Below, one piece after another: positions 47,021 to 54,807 of a DNA stretch of 64,000 nucleotides; position 1 is the first letter of the stretch; each line of letters begins with the position of its first letter. Source of the DNA: Planctomycetota bacterium. Lineage in GTDB: Bacteria > Planctomycetota > UBA1135 > GCA-002686595. The translations under genes were made by a program, and so were the position numbers. The stretch spans positions 34,525 through 98,524 of the forward strand of contig JACRIN010000066.1 of the NCBI GenBank assembly GCA_016220085.1. The letters run 5' to 3'. The notes under the pieces were generated by a model that saw only the letters and a program-made list of their open reading frames with translations, did no database searches and was not told where the DNA came from.

Positions 47021-48823
47021 ATGCACCCCGCCCGACACCCTGTGACCTTGGTCCTCTCGCTTGCGGCGTTCGCCGCGAGCGCGAGCCCTTCGCGCGCCTT
47101 TCAATCCACCGGCCAAGTCGTCTTCTCGATCGACTGGCAGGGCCCGACGATCTCGCAGCCCGACTCTGGTCTCGCGATCCCGATCACCGAGGCCGACGTG
47201 CTACTCGCGCCGGGTGGCGCGCCGGCCTACGGTCCGCTCGGCCGGCCGGCGATGCGGCTCTCCGGCGGACAGCTCGGTTTGAGCCGCTACGCGAGCTGCG
47301 TCGGCCACGTCGCCGGCGACCCGTGTCGGATCGAGCTCGACGCGCTCTCCGACGGGACCGAGCCGCTGCTGCTGCCGCCGTCTCCCGCCAACCATCAGAA
47401 GCGCCGCTTCTGGTTCTCGGTCGACGAGTACGCGGTCGGCATCGTCGGCCCGCCGCCGGTCCACGCGCAGGTCGCGACCGAATTCGTGGTCGGCGATTCG
47501 GCGAGCGACGTGTTCATGGACACCGGTCTGCCCGCGGGGCCGCTGCCGCCGGGCGTCGTCGCGCCGGACAACGTCGGCGCGATCGACGGTGACGGCGTGC
47601 CGGGCACCACCGGTTTCGTCTATCCGGGGCTCGGCGTGATCGAACCCAACCCGCCGCAGTTGCCGCAACAGCTGCCGAACCAGGGCGACAACATCGACGC
47701 GCTCGACGTCGGCAACTGGACTCCGTTCCCGGCGCTCGGCGCGTTTTTCTCGCTCGATGCGGCCTTCGTCGATCCGCTGACCGGTGCCCCGTATTCGGGC
47801 TCGGCGGTGATCGAGAGCAAGCGTCCGGGCGACATCCTGCGCGTCGCGTCGGCGGGCTCGGCGATCACGACGTACGCGGGTGCGACGCAGCTCGGCCTCG
47901 ACCTCGTCGCCGGCATCGCGAGCGACGACCTCGACGGCCTGGTCGTGCACGAGAACGGCGTGTCGGGCTTCCAGCCCTCGCAGAAGCCGTACGACTGGGT
48001 TCCGTCGGCCGACGCGCCCGGCACCGACATGGTGCTGTTCTCGGTGCGCCGCGGTTCCGCGGTGATCGGTCAGCCCGACAGCATCTTTGGCCTGCCGATC
48101 GAGCCGGGCGACATCCTGACGACGCCGCTCGACACCGCGCAAGGCGGACTGTCGCCGTTCCCCGGCATCTTCATCGCGGCCGAGAACCTCGGGCTGCGCA
48201 CACAGCGGGGCGGCGCGATGCTCGGGGACGAGCTCGATGCGCTCGAGCTGCTCGGCGACCCCTGGTACGACTGCAACAAGAACGGGATCGACGACGCGGT
48301 CGACATCGCGAATGGCACGTCGGTCGACGGCAACAACAACGGCATTCCCGACGAGTGCGAGTCGCCGACCATGCGCTTCTGCTGGTGCACCGCCGAAGCC
48401 GCGCCGTGCAGCAACATCGACATCGATTCCGGTTGCGCGAACTCGACGGGCGTCGGAGCGACGCTGGCGACGGGCGGAAGCTCGAGCGTCGGCGCCGACG
48501 ACCTGACGATCAGCGTGTCGAGCATGCCGACGAGCGTGAACGGCATCCTGTTCATGGGCGACGACTGGAACCTGCCGACGCCGTTCAAGGACGGGGCGCG
48601 CTGCGTGTACGGCTCGATCTTCCGTTACCCCGTGAAGTCGTCGGGGCCGACGGGCTCGATGACCTTCGGTCCGGGTCTCGCCGCTTTCTCGAGCGGTTGG
48701 CCGACCGGAACGATCACCCCGGGCTCGACGTGGTACTTCCAGGGCTGGTACCGCAACCAGTCCGGGCCGTGCGGCACCGGAACCAACCTCTCGAACGCGG
48801 TGCAGGTCGATTTCGTTCCGTGA
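47021..48823 (+). CDS. Secreted protein with a DxNxNG calcium-loop module and a Cys-containing C-terminal module (600 aa)
   Basis: ATG 47021 (MHPARHPVTLVLSLAAFAASASPSRA). WYDCNKNGIDDAVDIANGTSVDGNNNGIPDECE. C-terminus CWCTAEAAPCSN...GCANS...ARCVYG...WYFQGWYRNQSGPCGTGTNLSNAVQVDFVP. Confidence 0.7.
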   Translation: MHPARHPVTLVLSLAAFAASASPSRAFQSTGQVVFSIDWQGPTISQPDSGLAIPITEADVLLAPGGAPAYGPLGRPAMRLSGGQLGLSRYASCVGHVAGDPCRIELDALSDGTEPLLLPPSPANHQKRRFWFSVDEYAVGIVGPPPVHAQVATEFVVGDSASDVFMDTGLPAGPLPPGVVAPDNVGAIDGDGVPGTTGFVYPGLGVIEPNPPQLPQQLPNQGDNIDALDVGNWTPFPALGAFFSLDAAFVDPLTGAPYSGSAVIESKRPGDILRVASAGSAITTYAGATQLGLDLVAGIASDDLDGLVVHENGVSGFQPSQKPYDWVPSADAPGTDMVLFSVRRGSAVIGQPDSIFGLPIEPGDILTTPLDTAQGGLSPFPGIFIAAENLGLRTQRGGAMLGDELDALELLGDPWYDCNKNGIDDAVDIANGTSVDGNNNGIPDECESPTMRFCWCTAEAAPCSNIDIDSGCANSTGVGATLATGGSSSVGADDLTISVSSMPTSVNGILFMGDDWNLPTPFKDGARCVYGSIFRYPVKSSGPTGSMTFGPGLAAFSSGWPTGTITPGSTWYFQGWYRNQSGPCGTGTNLSNAVQVDFVP

Positions 48824-49458
48824 CGCGGCGCGCGGGCCGCACGAGTTCGTCCCGACACACGGACGGGCGAAGCGTCGCTCCCGCCGCGAACGCACGAGCA
48901 CGTTGCGAACCTGCGCCATGCGCGCGCGGCTCGCGGTGCGCGCGCAGAACCGAAGCGCACGGCCGCTCAACGGGGCTGAGAGGCTTCGCGCGGGCGAGCG
49001 GGCGGCGAAGCGCGGACTCGGTAGCGCCTGCGGTGCCTCGCGTCGCGAACCGCCGAGGCGACGCCGATCGGCTCCGACGCGCGACGATGTCGCAGCTCAG
49101 AACGAGTCGGAGCACGCGCCCGTCGCATGCAGCTCACGAAGCACCGTCGAGCGCCCCCATCAACCGTCCGATCGTCGTGGAGCAACGAGCGGCGCTCCGA
49201 GTCGGACGCAGGTTCGACGGCGATCGCTCCCCAGCGTAGCCAGGGGAAACCTCGACGCCGCAAACGGGGCTAAGTGGGTCGGACGAGTGGAGAGTCGCTA
49301 CGCGGCATGACGGCTCCGCTCGGGGTCGCTGGGCGGGGCCGTTCCCTTTCCTCGCGCGGTCGTTTACGGCGAAACAGCGCGTGGTGGAGCGCAGCGCGAC
49401 GCGCCACGCCCCACCACGCTTCACGAGGACTCCGGAGCTCGCCGTCCCTCGCGCAGGC

Positions 49459-51096
49459 TCACTGCGTGATGCGCAGCTTCTCCGGGTACGTGACCTTGAC
49501 GCCGTAGCGAAGCTCGGCCTCGCCGTCCTTCGGCACGCGAATCGCCCAAGTTACGATGCCCTGCTCTTCGCGATCCTTCTTCCAGCGCTCGCCCTTCGCC
49601 GGTTCCTGCGTGGAGTCGACGAGCTCGATCTTGATGCGCTCGTCGGTGCCGCGCGGCAACGCTTCGCGCACGAACACGAGCGCGCTGCCGTCGACCGCGG
49701 CCGCCGCCGCGCCGTGGTTCTCGAGGCGGATCGTCCACGCGTCGTGCTCGGCCGCGTCGCTGGTGAAGACGCCGGAGGTCTGGTGCTCGTCGACGCGCTG
49801 GATGCGCTCGACCGAGAGCGCCGGATCCGCGCCGAGGTGCAGCGTGAACTCCTGGCCGGGCTCGACCGCCGCGAGCGACGCCTTGCCGAGGAAGTCCGCG
49901 CCGCAGTAGACCGACGCTTCGCCGGGCAGCATCGTCCACTCGCTGGTGTTCTTCGCGCGACCGCGCAGCCAGACGTGCGCATCGAGCTCGGGCACGCAGA
50001 CATACTCGGGGCTCGACTCGATTCGCGTCTGGCCGACCAACACCAGTGTCGGCTGGTTGCGCGACTCGATCGACTCGCGGCGCGCGAGCCGGAAGCGCAC
50101 GGAGAGCCCTTGGTCGTCGACCGACGCGAACGGCCGAGGCGCCGGAGCATCGTTGTCCTTGTCCGAGTAACCCAGCGCCTGAAGCGCCTTGCGTTCGACC
50201 GCGAACGCGTCCGACCGCGGAACTGCGCCGGCCGAAGTCTCCGCGCGCGGATCGTAGAGGCTCAGCCACTTCGGCTGCGGCTCGGGTCCCTCCGCGCCCA
50301 ACATCGGCTGCGCGGTCGAGAGCAGCAGCCCGACGTCGCTCCAATCCTCGCCGGACGCTTGCCAGACCTGCGCGCGGTACGCGAGGTCGACCGAGCGCGC
50401 GTCCTTGGTCGCGCGCAGGTCGTAGAGCGGCCGCCAGCCCGCGTTGCCGACCAAGTAGTCGATCGCGACCGTCGCGCCGCCGTCGCCGGAGCCGATGACG
50501 TCGAGCAGGAGATCGCGCTGGTCGTAACCGCCGCTCGCGGTGCACGCGCCGAGCTCGCGCCGCAGGTCCTCGAGCTTGACGCCGAGCTCCTCGCGCTGCC
50601 ATTGGTTCTCGCGCTGGGCCTTGCGGTTGGTGCCGAGCTCGCGGGTCAGGAACGCGAGGTTGTCGCCCCAGGTCTGCGTCGACGACTGGCCGGACTTGAC
50701 CTGCTCGTTGTGCTGGTTCGAATCGAGGTCGAGCAGCCGCTGCAGGTGCTTCTGCACTTGCTCCAGCGTCGCGCGCTCGTCCTCGAGGCCCGCGAGCTCA
50801 CGCTCGAGCGCCTTCAGAGCCTTGCGCAGCTCCTCGACGCGGGCGCTCGGCGCGGCGTCGACGTGGCGCTCGCGCAGCTCCATGCCGACGAGGTCCGCGC
50901 CGTTGACGCGGATGCGCAAATTGTTCGGGTCGAGCGACCACGGCAGGCCGGTGATCGCGAACTCGCCGGACTTGGTCTCGAGGGCCGCGACGCGCGTGAC
51001 CAGCGCGGTGCCCGGGTAGACGGTGACCTCGTCGATCCTGGAAGGGACTTCGACGGCGGCGGCGGAAAGGACGGTGAAAGCAAGTGTGTTCAGCAT
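49459..51096 (-). CDS. DUF4140/DUF4139-family protein (MuiA-like), 545 aa
   Basis: ATG 51096 (MLNTLAFTVLSAAAVEV...). RIDEVTVYPGTALVTRVAALE...GLPWSLDPNNLRIRV, a central coiled coil, and YLVGNAGWRPLYDLRA. Confidence 0.65.
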   Translation of the reverse strand: MLNTLAFTVLSAAAVEVPSRIDEVTVYPGTALVTRVAALETKSGEFAITGLPWSLDPNNLRIRVNGADLVGMELRERHVDAAPSARVEELRKALKALERELAGLEDERATLEQVQKHLQRLLDLDSNQHNEQVKSGQSSTQTWGDNLAFLTRELGTNRKAQRENQWQREELGVKLEDLRRELGACTASGGYDQRDLLLDVIGSGDGGATVAIDYLVGNAGWRPLYDLRATKDARSVDLAYRAQVWQASGEDWSDVGLLLSTAQPMLGAEGPEPQPKWLSLYDPRAETSAGAVPRSDAFAVERKALQALGYSDKDNDAPAPRPFASVDDQGLSVRFRLARRESIESRNQPTLVLVGQTRIESSPEYVCVPELDAHVWLRGRAKNTSEWTMLPGEASVYCGADFLGKASLAAVEPGQEFTLHLGADPALSVERIQRVDEHQTSGVFTSDAAEHDAWTIRLENHGAAAAAVDGSALVFVREALPRGTDERIKIELVDSTQEPAKGERWKKDREEQGIVTWAIRVPKDGEAELRYGVKVTYPEKLRITQ

Positions 51097-51212
51097 GGTT
51101 GACCTCGTGTGCGCGCTGGAACGGCGGGGCGCGACGGGATCTTGGCGTATCGCGAGGCTCGACGCGACGATCGCACGCTGGCGGCGTCGCGGCGCTCCGA
51201 TAGAGTGGCCGC

Positions 51213-51632
51213 ATGGCGGGCTACTCCGGCACACCCCTCGCGAAGAAGCTCGGCTTCCATCCCGGCGCGCGCGCGCACCTGATCGGCGCGCCGAAGGGCT
51301 TCCGGGACGCGCTCGCGCCGCTGCCGAAGGACGTCACGTTCGCGCGCAGCCTCGCGGGCGAGCTCGACCTGATCGTGGTGTTCGCGACCGAGGAAGAAGC
51401 GCTCGCCAAGACGCTCGCCCGCGCGGTGAAGCACCTCGAGCCCGCGGCCGGCTTGTGGATCGCGTGGGCGAAGAAGAGCTCGGCGCTCGCGACCGAGCTC
51501 GACTTCGACGCCGTGCAGCGCACCGGGCTCGCGCTCGGGCTCGTCGACAACAAGGTGTGCGCGATCGACGAGGACTGGACCGGCCTACGCTTCGTGATCC
51601 GGCGCGAGAATCGGCCGCGCGCCGCGCGCTGA
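51213..51632 (+). CDS. DUF3052-like small protein (139 aa)
   Basis: The opening MAGYSGTPLAKKLGFHPGARAHLIGAP is typical of this family. Confidence 0.55.
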   Translation: MAGYSGTPLAKKLGFHPGARAHLIGAPKGFRDALAPLPKDVTFARSLAGELDLIVVFATEEEALAKTLARAVKHLEPAAGLWIAWAKKSSALATELDFDAVQRTGLALGLVDNKVCAIDEDWTGLRFVIRRENRPRAAR

Positions 51633-51641
51633 ACGAACGCC

Positions 51642-54152
51642 GTGGAGCGCCTGCCGATCGACGAGCACCTCGACCGTCTCGCGGCGCTGCTCGCGCGCGA
51701 CGGAGTGCTGGTGCTGGTCGCCGAACCGGGCGCCGGCAAGACCACGCGCGTGCCGCCGGGGCTGGTCGACCGCGGAGTCGCCGGCAACGGCCAGGTGATC
51801 GTGCTCCAACCGAGGCGCGTCGCGGCGCGCGCGGCGGCGCGGCGCGTGTCGGAAGAGCGCGGCAGCGAACTCGGCGGCTTCGCGGGCTACTCGGTGCGCT
51901 TCGAGTCGCGGCATTCGCGCTCGACGCGCGTGCGTTTCGTCACCGAGGGCATCCTCGTGCGCGAGCTGCAGGGCGATCCCGAGCTCGCGCGCGCGTCGAT
52001 CGTGATCCTCGACGAGTTCCACGAGCGTTCGATCCACGCCGACCTCGCGCTCGCGTTGTGCGCGGAGGTGCGGCGCTCGCTGCGGCCCGATCTGAAGCTC
52101 GTCGTCATGTCGGCGACGCTCGACGCCGAGCCGATCGCCGCGTTCCTCGGCGCGGAGGTCGTGCGCGTGCCGGGGCGCTTGCATCCGCTCTCGATCGAAC
52201 AGGTCGAGCGCATCGACGACGCTCCGATCGCGCTGCGCGTCGCCGACGGCGTCAAGCGCATGCTCGCGGCGACCGAAGGCGACGTGCTCGCGTTCTTGCC
52301 GGGCGTCGGCGAGATCCGGCGCGCGGAGGAGGCGCTCGCGTCGTTGCGCGACGTGCTCGTTCTGCCGCTCTTCGGCGATCAGAAGCCCGAGGAGCAGGAT
52401 CGTGTGTTCGCTCGGGCTGCGCAGGGCCCGCGGCGCAAGGTGGTGCTCGCGACCAACGTCGCCGAGACGTCGCTGACGGTGCCCGGCGTCACCGCGGTGG
52501 TCGATTCGGGGCTCGCGCGCGTGCTCGCGCACGATCCGAACGTCGGGCTCGATCGCCTAGAGCTCAAGCCGATCAGCCGCGCGTCGGCGACGCAACGCGC
52601 CGGCCGCGCGGGCCGCGTCGCGCCCGGTCGCGTCCTGCAGCTCTGGACGCGCGCCGACGCGTCGAAGATGCGCGAGCGCGAGCTGCCCGAGATCGCGCGC
52701 GTCGACCTCGCCCCCACCGTGCTCGAACTTGCGGTCTGGGGCGTGCGCGATCCACGGGCGTTCGCGTGGTTCGAGAAGCCCGACGACGCGGCGCTCGAGC
52801 GCGCGTCGCAGCTCCTCGTCCACCTCGGCGCACTCGACCCGAAGACGCGCGCGCCGACGGCGATCGCGAGGGTGATGGCGGAGCTGCCGTGCCATCCGCG
52901 CCTTGCGCGCATGTTGGTCGCGTCCGCCGAGCTCGGCGCGATCGAGGACGGCGCGCTGTTCGCCGCGCTGCTCTCCGAGCGCGACCTGTTCGCGACGCGG
53001 CGCGGCGCGCGGCATGCGAGCGTCGGCCCGAGCGACCTCTTCGCGCGACGCGACGCGCTCTTCGGCCGCGGCGGCGACGTCGATCGCAACCTCGTGCGCA
53101 CGATCGAGCGCACCGCCGACGAGCTCGCGCGCTCGACTCGAAGGCTCTTCCCGCGCTCGCCGGAGCACGCGCCGAGCGAGGACGAGCTCCTGCGCACGAT
53201 CTTCGCGGGCTACGTCGACCGCGTCGCGAAACGGCGCGTGAACAAGGCCGACGAGGCGCTGATGGTCGGCGGCCGCGGCGTCGTGCTCGGCGAGGAGAGC
53301 GTCGTGCGCGATCACGAGCTCTTCGTCGTCATCGACGCGGACCTCGGCCGTCGCGGGCAAGCGAGCGCGCGCGTGCGCCAAGCGAGCGCGATCGAACGCG
53401 CGTGGCTCGACGAAGTCGCCGGCGGCGCGCTGCACGAAGTGCGCGAGACACGCTTCGACGAGGCGAAGGGTCGCGCGTACGCGGTGCGGCGCGTGCTCTA
53501 CGAGGATCTGGCGATCGAGGAGTCCGAAACGGGCGCGCCGGAGCCCGCGGAGGCCGCGCGCAGTTTGCTCGCGTTCGCGCGCGAGCACCCCGAGCGCGCG
53601 CTCGACCTCGGCGGCGAGATCGGCGCGTTCCTCGCGCGCGTGCGTTCGTTGCGCGAGTGGTTGCCCGAGCTCGGGCTCGCGCCGCACGACGTCGCGGACC
53701 TGGTCGACGCGCTCGCGCCGTGGTGCGAGGACAAGACCAGCGTCGACGAGCTGCGCCGCGTGCCGTTGCTCGACGTGCTGCGTTCGCGGCTCTCGCGCGA
53801 GCAGGCGCGCGCGCTCGACGAGCAGGCGCCCGAAGCACTCGACCTACCGAGCGGCACGCGGCGACGATTGGACTACGAGCCCGGGAAGCCGCCGGTGCTC
53901 GCGGTGCGGCTGCAAGAGCTCTTCGGCCAGGCCGACACGCCGACGGTCGCGCGCGGCCGGGTGCGCGTGCTGCTGCACTTGCTCGCGCCCAACCAACGCG
54001 TCGTGCAGGTCACGCAGGACCTCGCGAGCTTCTGGAACACGACGTACGTGCAAGTTCGCAAGGACCTGCGCGCGCGCTACCCGAAGCATTCGTGGCCCGA
54101 GGACCCCTGGACCGCGACTCCGACCGCCCGCGCGAAGCGCCGCGGGACGTGA
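51642..54152 (+). CDS. hrpB: ATP-dependent RNA helicase HrpB (DEAH-box family, 836 aa)
   Basis: Walker A AEPGAGKTT, motif II DEFHERS, TNVAETSLTVPGV, QRAGRAGR, and the C-terminal HrpB-specific region. GTG start. Confidence 0.85.
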   Translation: MERLPIDEHLDRLAALLARDGVLVLVAEPGAGKTTRVPPGLVDRGVAGNGQVIVLQPRRVAARAAARRVSEERGSELGGFAGYSVRFESRHSRSTRVRFVTEGILVRELQGDPELARASIVILDEFHERSIHADLALALCAEVRRSLRPDLKLVVMSATLDAEPIAAFLGAEVVRVPGRLHPLSIEQVERIDDAPIALRVADGVKRMLAATEGDVLAFLPGVGEIRRAEEALASLRDVLVLPLFGDQKPEEQDRVFARAAQGPRRKVVLATNVAETSLTVPGVTAVVDSGLARVLAHDPNVGLDRLELKPISRASATQRAGRAGRVAPGRVLQLWTRADASKMRERELPEIARVDLAPTVLELAVWGVRDPRAFAWFEKPDDAALERASQLLVHLGALDPKTRAPTAIARVMAELPCHPRLARMLVASAELGAIEDGALFAALLSERDLFATRRGARHASVGPSDLFARRDALFGRGGDVDRNLVRTIERTADELARSTRRLFPRSPEHAPSEDELLRTIFAGYVDRVAKRRVNKADEALMVGGRGVVLGEESVVRDHELFVVIDADLGRRGQASARVRQASAIERAWLDEVAGGALHEVRETRFDEAKGRAYAVRRVLYEDLAIEESETGAPEPAEAARSLLAFAREHPERALDLGGEIGAFLARVRSLREWLPELGLAPHDVADLVDALAPWCEDKTSVDELRRVPLLDVLRSRLSREQARALDEQAPEALDLPSGTRRRLDYEPGKPPVLAVRLQELFGQADTPTVARGRVRVLLHLLAPNQRVVQVTQDLASFWNTTYVQVRKDLRARYPKHSWPEDPWTATPTARAKRRGT

Positions 54153-54155
54153 GGG

Positions 54156-54374
54156 TCAACGTCGCTCCCACTCGCGTCGCGTGATACCCGCTTGACGGAG
54201 GAGGATCGCGAGCAGACCGACGCTGATCTCGCTGCGATGCGGGTTCGGGATCGCGAGCACGAGTTCGCCGCGCTGCATGTACTGATGCCGGCCGCCGGAG
54301 TACGGGCCGCTGAACCCAAAGGCGCGCAAAGCGGCGATCAACTCCCGACGCCGGATCGGGCCGAAGGGCGGCAC
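54156..54374 (-). CDS. hicA: HicA-family type II toxin (72 aa)
   Basis: RRELIAALRAFGFSGPYSGGRHQYMQRGELVLAIPNPHRSEISVGLLAILLRQAGI shows the HicA/YcfA pattern (G..H...., P.H..E+..G.L..I). Confidence 0.75.
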   Translation of the reverse strand: MPPFGPIRRRELIAALRAFGFSGPYSGGRHQYMQRGELVLAIPNPHRSEISVGLLAILLRQAGITRREWERR

Positions 54375-54375
54375 G

Positions 54376-54639
54376 TCAGCTCGCGCGCTTGACCCGCACT
54401 TCGATGCCGCCGAGCTTTGGCACTCGCAATCCGCGCGCGACCCGCACCAGCACCCATTCCTCGACCACGGAGGCGAGTTCGCGCTTGCACGCGGCTTGGG
54501 TGCGGCCGACCGCGAGCACGCCGCGCAGTCCGGGCACCGTGGCGCTGAACGTGCCGTCTTCGAGCTCCGAGTAGCGAGCCCGGCCGACGGCTTGGCGGAT
54601 GTACGCGACGATCATCGAGGTGGTCTGAGTCGAAAGCAT
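54376..54639 (-). CDS. hicB: HicB-like antitoxin (87 aa, no appended DNA-binding domain)
   Basis: ATG 54639 (MLSTQTTSMIVAYIRQAVGRARYSELEDGTFSATVPGLRGVLAVGRTQAACKRELASVVEEWV...). UPF0150/HicB N-domain pattern. Its stop lies 1 nt before the hicA start. Confidence 0.65.
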   Translation of the reverse strand: MLSTQTTSMIVAYIRQAVGRARYSELEDGTFSATVPGLRGVLAVGRTQAACKRELASVVEEWVLVRVARGLRVPKLGGIEVRVKRAS

Positions 54640-54807
54640 AGCAAGAGCTCCGGTCTCTGGTCCGAGCGGGTCCGTCGGAGGGTTCGACCGCGCGGCCGCG
54701 CGCCGGTTGCGCGCGCGCACGCGATTTCCGGCACTCGGCGGGGACGCACTCGTCCGCGGCCCCTGGACCGCGAGCCCGGCTTCGCGCACAGTGCGCCGTC
54801 GAAAGCC

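Noticed and set aside
51023-54184. 1053-aa plus ORF overlapping DUF3052 and hrpB; also 54376..56226 (-), 54885..56717 (+) and 59966..62347 (-)
   Set aside because: All are out-of-frame or antisense to genes with clear family motifs. Their poly-Arg/Ala composition indicates GC artefacts.
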